From NCBI GenBank assembly GCA_030704615.1, contig CM060733.1, forward strand, positions 9,548,001-9,612,000: a DNA stretch of 64,000 bases, read 5' to 3'. The position numbers were made by a program, and so were the translations under genes. The notes beneath the pieces are model-generated. The model made no database searches, was not told the origin of the DNA, and saw only the letters and a program-made list of their open reading frames with translations. This DNA comes from Takakia lepidozioides. Lineage: Eukaryota > Plantae > Bryophyta. This document shows, piece by piece, positions 24,689-37,466 of the stretch. Each line of letters begins with the position of its first letter. Positions within the stretch are counted from its first letter, which is position 1.

Positions 24689-27600
24689 ATGGCAGCGTGC
24701 TCCGGCGTTCTCCTGAGCGCGCATGTCGATTCTATAGCCAAGGCCATGTCTGCTCGTTTCGGTGAAGCGGGAGGCCGTACATCATGCAGCAGATCAAGGG
24801 GCTGGGCTGTGGAGCTGAAAGCGGTATCCTTCTTGGCAATGCGCGAAGGTCGAAGTCCGCTGCAGCTGGTGGCTATGGCACCTCCCAAGTTTTTTATGAT
24901 GCCGATGAAATTAGGTGATAAATACGAACCATTTTGCGGTTTTTTTCCCCTTGTGGTCGTTGTATTGTGGTGCCGTTATCCAGGCTCCTTCAACCTCTAT
25001 TCGGCAGAATCCACTATAATTTCGGGAAGGAAGCTCACAGGATAGTCAGACAAGAGCTATAATGGAGAGACCTTGCCCTCTTGAAACCGTGGGTATATTT
25101 GGCACGTAGGTCCAGGCTGGAGCATGGAACAGCGGTGGCTGGAGTTCCTTGAAGATCCCTCAAAATGGTGGGACTACAGCGTTGAGAAGGTGCATTTTTT
25201 CATGTAGCATTGAGAATTCTGTTGGAGAGGGATTTTGGGCGACTGTGGTATGATAATGTGGATTGTACCCCTAGTTGCTGAGTTTACTTGAACTCGGTTG
25301 TTCTGCAAAAGCGGCTTCTATTTTCAGTGTCTTAGATTGGTCTTCCTAAGCAGGTCACAAATATAGGACGCTTAAGGTTTTTGGCCTGCAGTTCGCAACG
25401 TAGTTGGAAGGGTTGATGATTGTGGCTTGGTCTTAGGAAGGTACTCTGGCCGCTCAGCCTCACCCTGGTGGTTTCTACAGACCAATCAAAAATCTCCAGA
25501 CTACAGACATATGCAGTGCACACAAGAGGTCTTCTGGATTGAGGATTGGTGGAATCCTCCTTGGGTGAAAGAAAAGCTAATTGCCATGACACAAATTCGA
25601 GAACAGTCTGGTGATGGTGGAAGAATAGCAGAGTGCGGTTCTCATTCTGGTGTGGATGGTGGAGGTTCTTTTAATTTTGAAGATGAAAGTGAGTACAACG
25701 TGCAGTGAACCTAATTAGATGGGCAGGATTGATGCACAAGCTTGTTTAGCATTGGTAATTTTTTTCGACATGTTTGTATGTGCCGCTTTGTGTTACTTCA
25801 AATAGAGCGCAAAGTTACTTCATGAAAGCTACACTAGCACTCCTCCATAAACGAACTCCTCAAAATTTTGATGCTGTTGGAATTTTTATCACAAAGGTCA
25901 ACCATGGAGCATGGAACAGCGCCGGCAAAGATTCTTTAAAAATCCTTCGCAATGGTGGAACAACGCTGGCAAGGTGCAGCTTTCTTCATGTATGATGTAA
26001 AGGAGTTTGTCTGTTCTACATAAGTGGCTGTTCCTGTCATATCATAGGTTGTTCTTATTAAGCAGGCCACGAGAATACATTGCCCAAGGGTTCTTTCTGG
26101 TGTTTACAAGGCACTTGCGGGGGTCGTGTTGGTCTCGGGAGGATGTTTTAAAACTATGGCTGCTCAGCTGCACCCTGGTGGTTTTCACAGACCAATCCTA
26201 TATCACCGGACTACAGATATAAGCAGTGTACACAAGAGGGCCTTTGGATTGAGGGTTGGTTGAATCCTCCGTGGGTGAAAGAGAAGCTAGTTGCTTCCAT
26301 GACACAAGGTCGACCACAATCTGGTGAGGGCCACCTTCTTCCTACACATTTAGGCTTTGCTCTATCCTCTTTTCAGATTTGTCCCTACTTTTTCATCATG
26401 GTTTTGTAAATTAGCTCATCAGGTGGACCTATGGCAGTTCCGACTGTTTCTGACATGTTACTGCCATGCAGTTGGAGGTGATTATCCACAAACCGAAAAT
26501 AGAGATGAGGAAAAGCTTTGGGAAGAATATCTTGCAAACCCCAATCAATGGTTGGACAATCAAGGCAGAAAGGTGAATGCCTGTGTAGTTACAGCAGAAG
26601 CAGACAACAAGATACTTTGAAAAACTTTGTTGCAGATTGTCATACTCTCTCTCCCCCTACCACATCTTTGAAATCTTGTCAGCAATTCAACGGAAGCACA
26701 AGTGTGTGGTAAGGTGGGTTGGGGTATTTGGTAGATAAATCTTATGTTTTCGTCATCAGCCACTCTCATCAAGGGTGAGGATCTATACATTCTTGTTGTC
26801 AAGGGAGGGATAAATGAAGGAGGTAGGGATGGAGTGTGGGTCCAGATCCATCTGGGAGGATTGGATTTCAAGCACAAGAGTACCAATGAGGCACTGTGGA
26901 TTGATAGCTACAAGAAACCTGCATGGATACATGGCCAACTGGAAGCAGCAGCAACACAGTTTATGGTAACCGGCACCTCCAGCATGACCACCGCTTCTGA
27001 AAGAGGATCACGAGAGGGCATCCACCAGATCTCTTCTGGCACTTGTGGATATGTGAGGACACTATGTGAGGCCGGACAACTGAAAGAGGCTCTGCGCATT
27101 TTATACCAAGGAGACACTTTGGCAGACTCTGAAACTTATCTCTGTCTCTTGTATAAGTGCATGGAGATGAAAGGCCTCACAGCAGGAAAGCAAATACACG
27201 CCCACATTATGTTAAGTGGATTCAAGCCAAACGTTTTTATACACAACACCCTTGTAAACATGTATGTGAAGTGTGGAAGCGTAGTTGATGCACAGCGAGT
27301 GTTTGACAAAATGCCTGAACGGAATATGTTTTCGTGGACTATAATGGTGGCGGGATATACAAAGCATGGGTGTGGTAACAAAGCCTTCGAGACCTATGAG
27401 CAAATGATAGAAGAAGGGGTGACGCCGGACCAGGTCACATTTGTTTGTGTTCTCAAGGCGTGTGCCAACTTGGCAGCCCTAGAAAAGGGGGAAAAGGTCC
27501 ATGCTGACATCAAGAAAGCTGGGATTATACCAAATATCATTCTGGACAACACTCTTGTGGACATGTATGCCAAATGTGGGTGCATCAAGAATGCAAAGGG

Positions 27601-29461
27601 AGTGTTTGAGAATATGGCTGAACGAGACGTTGTATCATGGAGTGCCATGATTGCGGGATATGCCCAGCATGGATGTGGCATGGAGGCTTTGGAGACCTAT
27701 GAGCAAATGATGCAGGAAGGGGTGAAGCCCAACCAGGTTACGTTTGTCTGTGTTTGCAATGCATGTGCCAGCCTGGCAGACCTGGAAAAGGGAAAAAAGG
27801 TCCATGCTGACATCTTGAAAGCTGGAATTGTACCAAATATCATTCTGTACAATAGCCTTGTGAACATGTATTCCAAATGTGGGAGCATCAAGGATGCAAA
27901 GGGAGTGTTCGACAACATGGATGAACGAGATGTAGTGTCATGGAGTGCATTGATCGCAGGATATGCCCAGCATGGTTGTGGGTTGGAGGCATTGGAAACC
28001 TATGAGCAAATGATGCAGGAACTGGTGAAGCCTGACCAGGTCACTTTCATTTCTGTTTGCAATGCATGTGCCAGCCTGGCAGACCTTGAGAAGGGCAAAG
28101 AGGTTCATGCTGACATCTTGAAAGCTGGAATTGTATCAAGTATCATTCTGGACAATACCCTCGTTGACATGTATGCCAAATGCGGGAGCATCAAGGAAGC
28201 AAAAGGATTGTTCGACAATATGCAGGAACGGGATGTGGTGTCATGGAATGCGATGATCGCAGGATATGCCCATCATGGGTTTGGGATGGAGGCTTTGGAG
28301 ACCTATGAGCAAATGATACAAAAAGGGGTGGCGCCGGACCAGGTCACATTTGTTTGCATTTGCAATGCGTGCGCCAGCCTGGCAGCCCTGAAGAAGGGTA
28401 AAGAGGTTCATGGCGGGATTATGAAAGCTGGGATTGTCCCAAATAGCATTCTGGACACTGCCCTGGTGGACATGTATGCCAAATGCGGGAGCATTGAGGA
28501 TGCGAAGGGAGTGTTCGACAGTATGGCTAAACGAGATGTGGTGTCATGGAGTGCGATGATCGCAGGATATGCTCAGCATGGTCGTCATAGGGAGGCCTTG
28601 GAACTGTTGGAAGGAATGCAAAAGGAAGGCTTCAAGCCAGACAGTATTACCTTATTATGTGTTCTCTCTGCTTGTAGCCATGTTGGCCTAGTTGATGAAG
28701 GAAAATTTTACTTCGAATCCCTGAGTCGGGATGGTCGTCTCACTCCTACAGTGGAGCACTTTGGCTGCATGGTTGACCTGCTTGGACGTGCTGGGCGATT
28801 GTATGAGGCAGAGGACTTCATTAACAATATGCCAGTCAAACCTGATACAATGGTGTGGAAGGCCTTGCTTGGTGCCTGCAGAATTCACGGCAATGTGGAG
28901 GTGGCAGAACATGCAGCAAAATGTATTTTGAAGTGGGATCCACAGGACGCTGGAACTTATGTGCTGCTGTCAAACATCTATGCTGCAGCTGGCAGGTGGG
29001 ATGACACTGCAAAGGTGAGAAAGATGATGAATGTCAGAGGTGTCAGAAAGGAGCCAGGTCGCTGCTGTATTGAGGTTGGCAACGGTGTGCACACCTTCAT
29101 TGTAGATGACAAATTGCATCCACAAATTGAGGAAATCCATGCTGAGCTGAGAAGATTGGCTGGGCAGATGCAGGAGGCAGGGTATGTGCCTGACACGCGC
29201 TTTGTATTGCGTGATGTGGAGGAGGAGCAAAAGGAATTTTCTCTTTGCCACCACAGTGAGAAGCTGGCCATTGCTTTTGGGCTGATCAGCACGGCCCCTG
29301 GGACACCTCTTCGTGTCATTAAGAACCTTCGGGTGTGCGGTGACTGCCACACAGCTACCAAGTTCATCTCAAAGATTACTGGGCGAGCAATTGTTGTACG
29401 GGATGCCAATCGCTTTCACCATTTCAAAGATGGCGATTGTTCTTGTGGGGAATACTGGTGA
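24689..29461 (+). CDS. PLS-E-DYW PPR protein, copy B: putative transit peptide + 3 OSB-type PDF motifs + PPR array + DYW domain (about 1120-1146 aa)
   Basis: Exons 24689-24914, 25110-25189, 25481-25688 (alternative donor 25610), 25897-25973, 26191-26323, 26472-26572 and 26846-29461 are all GT-AG and join without a stop. The last exon encodes L-S-(P-L-S)x4-P2-L2-S2-E1-E2, PG box (KEPGRCCIEV), HSEKLA, CGDCH and CSCGEYW. Confidence 0.9.
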
Positions 29462-31848
29462 AATTATTTTGTTCTTGAAACATTTGTCTTTTAGTTGATG
29501 AAAACTATGCAGCTGCTCGGTTCATTCACCGTGCCCTACAAATGTTGGGTATGACGCACTGTTGCGGGGTATTTCTTTGTGGCACATCAACCCAGCAAGA
29601 TTCGATTGTGGTTTCTACCTGCTGGGAGGTTGAAACTCAGCCCAAAATTGGATGCACTCCTACCTATTAATGATGTGGTGGTCTAGATCATGCTAGACAA
29701 CAAAATGTGGATGGGAACACGCCCTAATTTGGCAAGAGATGTCACATCTTGTTGTCATTGGACACAGTAATGTTTTGAAGAAAGACTGCACAAGAGAGTT
29801 CCTGAGGGTGCCAGGTGTGAATGCGGAGAACTTTGCGCGCTCTACCACCTGGGAAAGCACAGGTATGTATGGATCATTTGCTATCCCCTGATTTCTTAGA
29901 CGATCTTAAGTGATCTCTAGCCAACTTCTGCACCCATCCAATGTTGTGCTGGGAGAGGCATGTTGACTACTTATGTTATGGCCTTTGCAGCTGACTATCG
30001 ACACTAGAATTTTTTTTGGGCTAACGAGATTCACACCACAGAAAGAGGCTCGCGTAATGTGTCTTAGGCCTTCCTTCACTAATTATGGATAAAGGGTGTA
30101 AATATAGTGGTTTATACCAGTGTGGTGCAGGTTTCGAGACGATACCCAGATGTCTACCCGGACCTCTAAGCGAATCCCAGGACCTGACCTGGCGGATATC
30201 AAAAGTCTTAAGAACAAAGGAAATATCTCCCCACCCCCTGCTCAGTGTTGGGCACATCTTGAAATCCTGCCCGGGTGATTGTGCATGGAGGCAAACCAAG
30301 GTGCAACATCCCTGGCCATGGTGCTTGAATGTATTTACGGCCTGTTTTCAACTTGCAGATTGACCTCCTGAGAGAAAGCCAGACACCTGGCCTATGTGGG
30401 GCCTACATCCGTGATGAAGGATCTTTGGGGCAGGTGCCATAAGTCTTAGCTCTTCCCTTACACTCACTCAAATGGTTTACCTCTATGTTCATGCATTGTG
30501 TTGATGGTTGTTGCACTGGCATTTTTTTGGAAGTGGCAGAGGTTTTTTCAGTAGAAATTGGGGTTGAAATCCACATATTTGGACTAAAACCGCTATTGAA
30601 AGCGAAGGGGGTTGGCTGGTTGGCTGATCTAACCAGGTGGCGAGGTCGGGCTCCAACGGGTCTGCTCAACGAGGGAATCTTCAAACACCCAACCCACCAG
30701 GGTTTCTAAAGTATAGAAACCGGTACAACACAACTTCAAACTTCACACCGGCTTGGAAATATATTTGTTCTTGTATTGTAATGTCTGTTTTCAGTAGTTT
30801 GTGTTACCTGGGTTTTTTTCGCAGGAGGTGGGTCATTTGGGGTTGATATTGAGGACCATTGCTTGGGTTCAAATACCTGGTTCCCAAATTTTGCATACAT
30901 ACGCATTTTCTTCATAGTTTTCTCAGTTATGCATCCCTTTCACCTTACAAGAGAAACATTGTTTTAGAAGAAAACTGAAACAAACTTTATACAGGCTTTG
31001 GTTGCGGAAAACATCCTGGTCAACCCTCATATTATTCACAATACTATATAATCAGCCTCATAGTACACCCAAAAATACACCAAAGAATGACCAACTTACT
31101 TTGTGGGCTTGGGCTATGTACTCCATCCATGCGAGGAGGCGATGATTGCCGTCCCACACGCAAAACATCTTTCTTGAGAAACAAATTTGAGTTGAGCACA
31201 ACAAACAGGGAAAACCCTTCGTAACCTTCAACATGTATATTAAGGGTAAAATCGTTTACCCTTATCGAGTATTTACTGTTACCTGTATGAATATATTAGC
31301 CTTTACCCTTCATTTGGAGGATAGATAAATCATCAACTTTTTTTAAAAAAATAAAAAACTTTTTATTTACACTTATTCATAGGGTAAATAGGCGGGCATA
31401 TAAATAATTTACCCTTAAATAATGCTCTCATTTCTATTTACCCTTATCCAAAAGTCTATCTACCCGGTGCAAAGCAAACCCCGAAGATCCGGGTTGATCT
31501 TGTGACAAACCCAAGAAGCACCACATCACATCCAGTAAGGACATCCTTCTGAGTTTAATTTAATCTCATGTAGAAATCAAAGAAATGCAGGTAAGATAGC
31601 TCTACCGTGTGGGAAGAGATTTTTCTAAGATTCCAGCCTCAGAGGTCCTCTCCGGCCTCCCTCCTCACACAACAAAACTTGACAACTCAAGTACTTGTGA
31701 AATTTTTGTTCAAGATCTGAATCCAGTGACCATTTATTGTTCCAAAAGATCATAACACAAAGGGCTTCTGTTCCCTTGACAGAATACGCTTTCCCTTGTT
31801 GATATATGTCAGAAGTAGCATGCAAACTACTGCCAAGATCCATCACGA

Positions 31849-32755
31849 TGTTAGAATTAGGATGGATGAACTTTTGGGTTCAACTCATCATCCGTTAGAT
31901 ATTCTAGATACAACCTAGAATAGCTATTAGATAAGTCTTGAGGGAATAGACATCTCTCGGTATGAGACATCTAGTAGATATATATATTGACAATCAATTT
32001 TTGTTGACACCTCTATGGTGAGGAGGAGAGCTCATTTGTAATAAAGTCATATTGTTGCATCCATGCATCTTTACAAGTATGTGTATGTTTTCTTGACATG
32101 GTATTAGAGCGGGTTTCTCTGTGGAATTCTTTACAGGATTGAGAGATCTAGTTTCATTCATATTTCTAGAAGTGGGATTGATTAACAAGAGAGAAAGTAC
32201 TTGATAGAACAAAGATCTATGTTGTGTAGTTGATTCCTTGGTGGTAGTGTGAAATTCTTATTTTTGTACACTTGTATCCATATCTCTTTGAGTCTGAGAG
32301 AAGTATGACATCACTATACTTGATTAGCTTGGTCTGTGTAGATTTGAAATGTCTCAACATCTTAGTTATCATGCGATTGCAAAGTTCGATGGAGACATGT
32401 TTCATATCTGGAAGGACAAAATGTGAATGGTTCTTGTTAGAGATGGCACATGGAAGGTTGTGTCTGGCAAACGTAAGAATCCGTCAGAACTAGATGTTGA
32501 TGCACTAGATCAGTGGGAGGATCTTGATCAAAAAGCTCTTGCAACTATTTCTTTGCATATGAGTGATTTCTTGTGTTGGGCAAGTGAATAAGCATAAGAC
32601 ATCTTATGAAGCTTGTGAATTCATAGTCAGGATGTATGAGCCCAAGAATGGAAATGCGTTGTTGCAATTGCGACAACAATTTTTCATTCTTAAGATGAGT
32701 GAGGGAGATTCCATTGTTTCTCACATAGCCAAGATGCGAACTTTACTGGATTAGA
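31849..32755 (+). mobile_element. Ty1/copia remnant: putative LTR (about 31849-32359) and gag fragment
   Basis: A TG...CAACA segment is followed by KFDG..FHIWKDKM, WEDLDQKALATI.L and LRQQFFILKMSEGDSIVSHIAKM (copia gag, UBN2-like). Frameshifted and truncated. Confidence 0.7.
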
Positions 32756-32761
32756 TCGTAG

Positions 32762-33965
32762 TGTCGCCATGGACATGTGGTACACTTTTAGCTTTGAAGA
32801 TGTCACCATGGACCTCTTTTTCCCCTTTTCCAGGGCTCCCAGGCTTGCACACGCATTGCAAACACAAACAATCGTGATGTGGTCCGGCTTCATCCATTCG
32901 TGCATCATTCGCTCATCCAAAGCATTGTACCACATACATATCTGAATATGCTGAGATGCTCCTTGGTTTAAAGTCTGTAGAGCCTCTTTCAGTTTGCCTA
33001 CCTCACAAAGCATCTTCACATACCCAGAAGAGCCAAAAGAGGCATTATGGACTCCCTCTCTTTATCCTCTTTCAGAAGCCAACGAGCTAACTTACAAAAT
33101 TCAGTATGCATATCAGGGCCGAGCCTCCATCCCGTGCCTGGGCAAGCTGTGCACATCCTGCGATCATGGCGTTACAAGACACCACATCTCATTCAGTCAT
33201 ATTGTCGAACACTCCCTTTGCATCCTCGATGTACCCACAATTGACATACATGTCCATGAGGGTATTGTTCATAACAATATCTGGTTCAATTCCCGCTTTG
33301 ATGATGTCACCATGGACCTCTCTGGCCTTTTCCAGGGCTGCTAGGCTTGCACATGCATTGCAGACGTGCAAATAAAGGTGATGTGATTGGGCTTCACCCC
33401 TTCCCACCATTTTCTCGTAGGTCTCCAAAGCCTCCATCCCGCACCCATGCTGTGATATCCTGCAATCATTGCGCTCCAAGACACCACATTTCGTTCAGCC
33501 ATTAGGTCGAACACTCCCTTTGCATCCTCAATGCACCCACATTTAGCATACATGTCCACCAGGGTACTATTCAGAATGACATCTGATAAAGTTCCAGCTT
33601 TAACAATGTCCCCATGGACTTCCTTGCCCTTATCCAGCGCTGCCAGGCTCGCACACACCTTGCAAACCTAACCTGGGGTGATCTAGTCGGGCTTCACCTC
33701 TTCCCTCATCATTTGCTCATAGGTCTCCAAAGCCTCCATTCCGCGCCCCTGCTGTGCATAAGCTGTGATCATCGCAATCCAAGAAACCACATCTCGTTCG
33801 GCCATATTGTCCAACACTTCCTTTGCATCCTCGATGCTCCCACATTTTGCATATATGTTCATCATAGTAACAACATCTGGTACGATTCCAGCTTCGACAA
33901 TGTCAGCATGGACCTCTTTGCCTTTTTGCAGGGCTGCCAGGATCACACACGCATTGCAAACACAG
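32762..33965 (-). pseudogene. Inverted, frameshifted PLS-PPR fragment of the same family
   Basis: Broken P/L/S motifs (MYAKCGSIEDAK, VVSW.AMI, GMEALETYEQM) and the family linker/N-cap ASERG*REGVHNASFGSSGYVKMLCEVGKLKEAL. No E or DYW domain. Confidence 0.88.
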
Positions 33966-34702
33966 TATATGAAGAAAGGGAAGAAGAAGAAGGAGATGGA
34001 GGTCGCATTTGCCGAGCAGGAGTGACTTGAAAATCTCGCTAGGTCCTCGGGCCCCTCACTGCGACTTACGAAGCTCATAACCCGAGCTCCCTCACTGTAA
34101 CTTACGGAGCTTACAACCCGAGCTCATTATCAATTGTCCCGCTCGTAATTCGACGCGTGTCACTATAATTTCAAAATAGTGCCATATGGGTTATAATTGA
34201 TAAAAATGTTCCCGGGGGGTCCAACCCGCAGCATCAACACGACTGCAAATGTCATTAATATAAAAAATATGTTTTTTCCGATTTTTGGAAATCAGCCTAT
34301 AAATCGGTGTGAAACCCGGAGTTCACTTCTGCGACTTCTATACTCCATCATTTATGCCAACGTGGCATAAAAATGACTGCGACGATTGGCAAGTTGTCAT
34401 TCACAACCTGGAGTCCTACGCGCAGTTGTTTCGGACAGAATCGCAACCGCGAGTCGGGTGCAAAAAACACCTATTCTTTGTAGTGCTCTCTGATCGTTGA
34501 GATGTTGCCTCCCCCCGTCTCTCTCGTGTGTCAAGAAAACATACACATACTTCTAAAGATGCAGGGATGCAACAATATGACTCTATTACAAAAGAGCTCT
34601 CATCCTCACCATAGAGGTCTGAACAAAAATTGATTGGCTCTCCCCTGAGGTCAAGAGAGAGAGAGAGTAGACTCCGGCCGAAGCTGACGTAACTAATTAG
34701 AG

Positions 34703-36290
34703 ATGGGCGATTCTCGGGCCAGGGTGATGGCCAGTGTGCATCAAATCCGGTCGTGGCTTGGGTCAGCAGTGTTGCTGGATGCAGTTGCAGTGGGGTCACG
34801 GACTCATCGTCCACGGTTATGGTGGACTAACTTGATGCCACCCGCACTGCTCAAACGTGCATTTGATGGGGTGCAGCGGCCAGCACACCTCACAGTGGAG
34901 AGCATTTTGGACTCTCACCGTGTGAGACACGATGACCGTTCGCCTTTGGCAGTGGTCAACAAGGTGGGTCAACCACGAGCAGCACTACCTACACTGCTCA
35001 GCTTCCAGGGATCGCATGCTTTCTGGGATGGTGGACCTGGCCTCCTGTGGGATGCTCAGCTGCAGCAGTTAGTGGAACCTAATGCCGACGAGCGAGAGTG
35101 GGCTATGGGTTTTTCCACTTGGACCACGACAGTGCCTTCTCTTTCTGAGGCATTACGTCGTCAGGTGTTGGGGCAAGCGATGGATCTCAATTGCTTGACC
35201 TGGATTATCAGCTTGGCTATGGCTAAGCAAGGTAGAGTGCGGAATGCACTTCCCTTGACGGTCTCTCTGCCTACCAAGACGGTACAGGCAGTGAGTGGGG
35301 GCGAGCCGGTGAAGACCATGGGGTGTAGACATCCATGGCACACGTGGGAGGTGCTCGAGGTTCAGAGGGAGTTGGCAGCCAAGGCGGATGTGATGGATGA
35401 GGTTGGGGATTCTTCTCGGGTTGAGGAGGTCCTCAAGGATGAGATGATGGGGCAGGATGAGGCCTTATCATTGACTGAGTAGGCAGGGAGTACTGCTCAC
35501 GAGATTGCGGCATAGCAACCACGGGACGCGTCTCCTACCTCTAAGTCTGCTGGACTTGACAATTGGGAGCCTGACATTGGACCCATTGTCACTGGAGGAG
35601 AGAGACGACGTATACGGCGGTTCTTGAGGGCTTACAAGAATTGCTTTGCCTTCAGTTTGAAGGATTTGGGAGCACTGAAGGGTCAGGAGATTCGTATTGA
35701 GTTGGCCATGGACACGCCAATCTTTCGGAGACCCTATAGATACAGTGACATGGAGAGGTCTTTGATTCAGATGAGGACTCAAGATATTTGGGAGGCTGGT
35801 TTGGTGGAGCTCTCTGGTGGAGAGTATGTTTTAGCCACGGTGATGCCAAATGGCAATTGGACGGGGAGACGTATGTGCGGTGATTACCGGCTTGTAAATC
35901 GTCAGACCAAGTCCGATAAGTATGCCATGCCCACACCGGAGGAGATCTTTGATGCCATTGGGCATGCCAAGGTCTTTAGCACTTTGGACTTGCGGTCCGG
36001 ATATCACCAGTTGCCGATCAAGGAGGCGAACAAGCAGAAGACGGCATTCTGGGGGATCAATGAGCATGGGAAGGATTGCCTATATTCGTGGCGGTTCTTA
36101 CCATTCAGGCTTAAGAACGCTCCTGCAGAGTTCCAGAGAGTTATGGACAGGATTCTAGCAGGGGTAGACTTTGCTCGGTGCTACATAGATGACATCATCA
36201 TCTTTAGTGCTACGGTGGAGGAGCACGAGAGACACCTTCAGGTGGTGTTTGAGCACTTGAGAGCGCACGGATTGAAATTACATCTTGGGA
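34703..36290 (+). mobile_element. Ty3/gypsy polyprotein fragment: C-terminal half of a C5 DNA methyltransferase (DNMT3/DRM-like) in frame with RT
   Basis: LLDAVAVGSRTHRPRLWWTNL (motif VIII-like) and EREWAMGF...SEALRRQVLGQAMDLNCLTWII (motifs IX-X-like) are followed in the same frame, through two TAG stops (35480, 35513), by RMCGDYR..N, FSTLDLRSGYHQ, FLPF.LKNAPAEFQR and CYIDDIIIFS. Confidence 0.8.
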
Positions 36291-36588
36291 ACACAAGACA
36301 TGGGAGGCCAAACTCATAGGAGTCAATACCCAAGATCTCAGGCTCAAGTTTACATGTTGCAAGACGGCGACTAACGATGGGGCAACTCTTGTACCCGGAC
36401 AGTGGTGGAGGACTTAGTGAGGCTATGGCCACTATCACATCTTGTGGCTACCTGGACTTAGAGGGACCTAAGCGCCAGCTAGGGGGGTGATTGTGATGGG
36501 CTAGTGGCAGCCTAGTGATGGACTAGTGGATGCACTAGTGGTGGCTAGTGGCAGCCTAGTGGTGAACTAGTGGCTGCACTAGTGGTGG

Positions 36589-37466
36589 TGTTAGGAGGCA
36601 GTCTGGGACTTAGGCATTTTTATGGGTTCTGTGGAGTCTGGGATTTAGACACTTCTATGGGTTCTGAGGGGTACCCTTAAATTTTTGAGATAGCCCGTCA
36701 CAGCCAGTCACAGCCATACACAGCCCGACACAGCCCGTCACAGCCATACACAGCCAGTCACAGCCCGACACAGCCCGAAACAGCCGTCACAGTCTAACAC
36801 AGTCGCACAGTCAGTCACAGCTGTCACAGTCGTAGGGAACGGTTATCATGACAGGGAATGACTATGGGGAACAACATCTGCCGGGGAACATGTAATTCAC
36901 GGAGGACGGTTAGTGAAGGAAAACGGTTAGAACAGGGGGGAAGGAGATAAAGCGGGCAGCGGAGACGGGAGGGGAGGACTTTTGGGGGATGGAGATCACT
37001 GCTGGGGGACTTTAGCCACGGAGATCACTCCTGGGGAAGGACTAAGATCGAAGGAAGGGAAGCTGGCGAGGAGGAAGGAGATACTATAGGACAGAGTTAG
37101 TACGAGATGTAGGATTACTTAGAGGGATAGATTAGAGAAGTTAGGACATCAGCATGTATCCGATTATGATTAATCTGATTCTCATCCGATACAAACACTT
37201 TGTGTTGAGAGACTTGAGTGAAGCTGTGTATGAATGAAATCAGGGGGGCCCAAGAAGCAATCTGACGCTTAAAAAGATACCTGGTCATGATAAACAGGGA
37301 ATATAAACTGATAAGGAATATAATTGGAAACCCAACAATGATTCACTAGCTGCAGGTCATGACTGATTGTTTCACACGGGCTGAATGCTTAGAGATATCC
37401 AACTCTTCTATCTTGGAGTTTCCCCCTCGGATAGCGAAGGGATGGGTGAGTAAAAGCCGTGTGACA
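36589..37466 (+). repeat. 5' LTR
   Basis: Near-identical to 48521-49404 (about ten substitutions by eye, all transitions, plus indels). Contains a cacagcc/cacagtc short-repeat array. Confidence 0.95.

Noticed and set aside
31240-31450. Clustered agggtaaa/tttaccct motifs with a small hairpin, as telomeric repeat or MITE
   Set aside because: They are not tandem TTTAGGG repeats, and no element boundaries or TSD could be defined.
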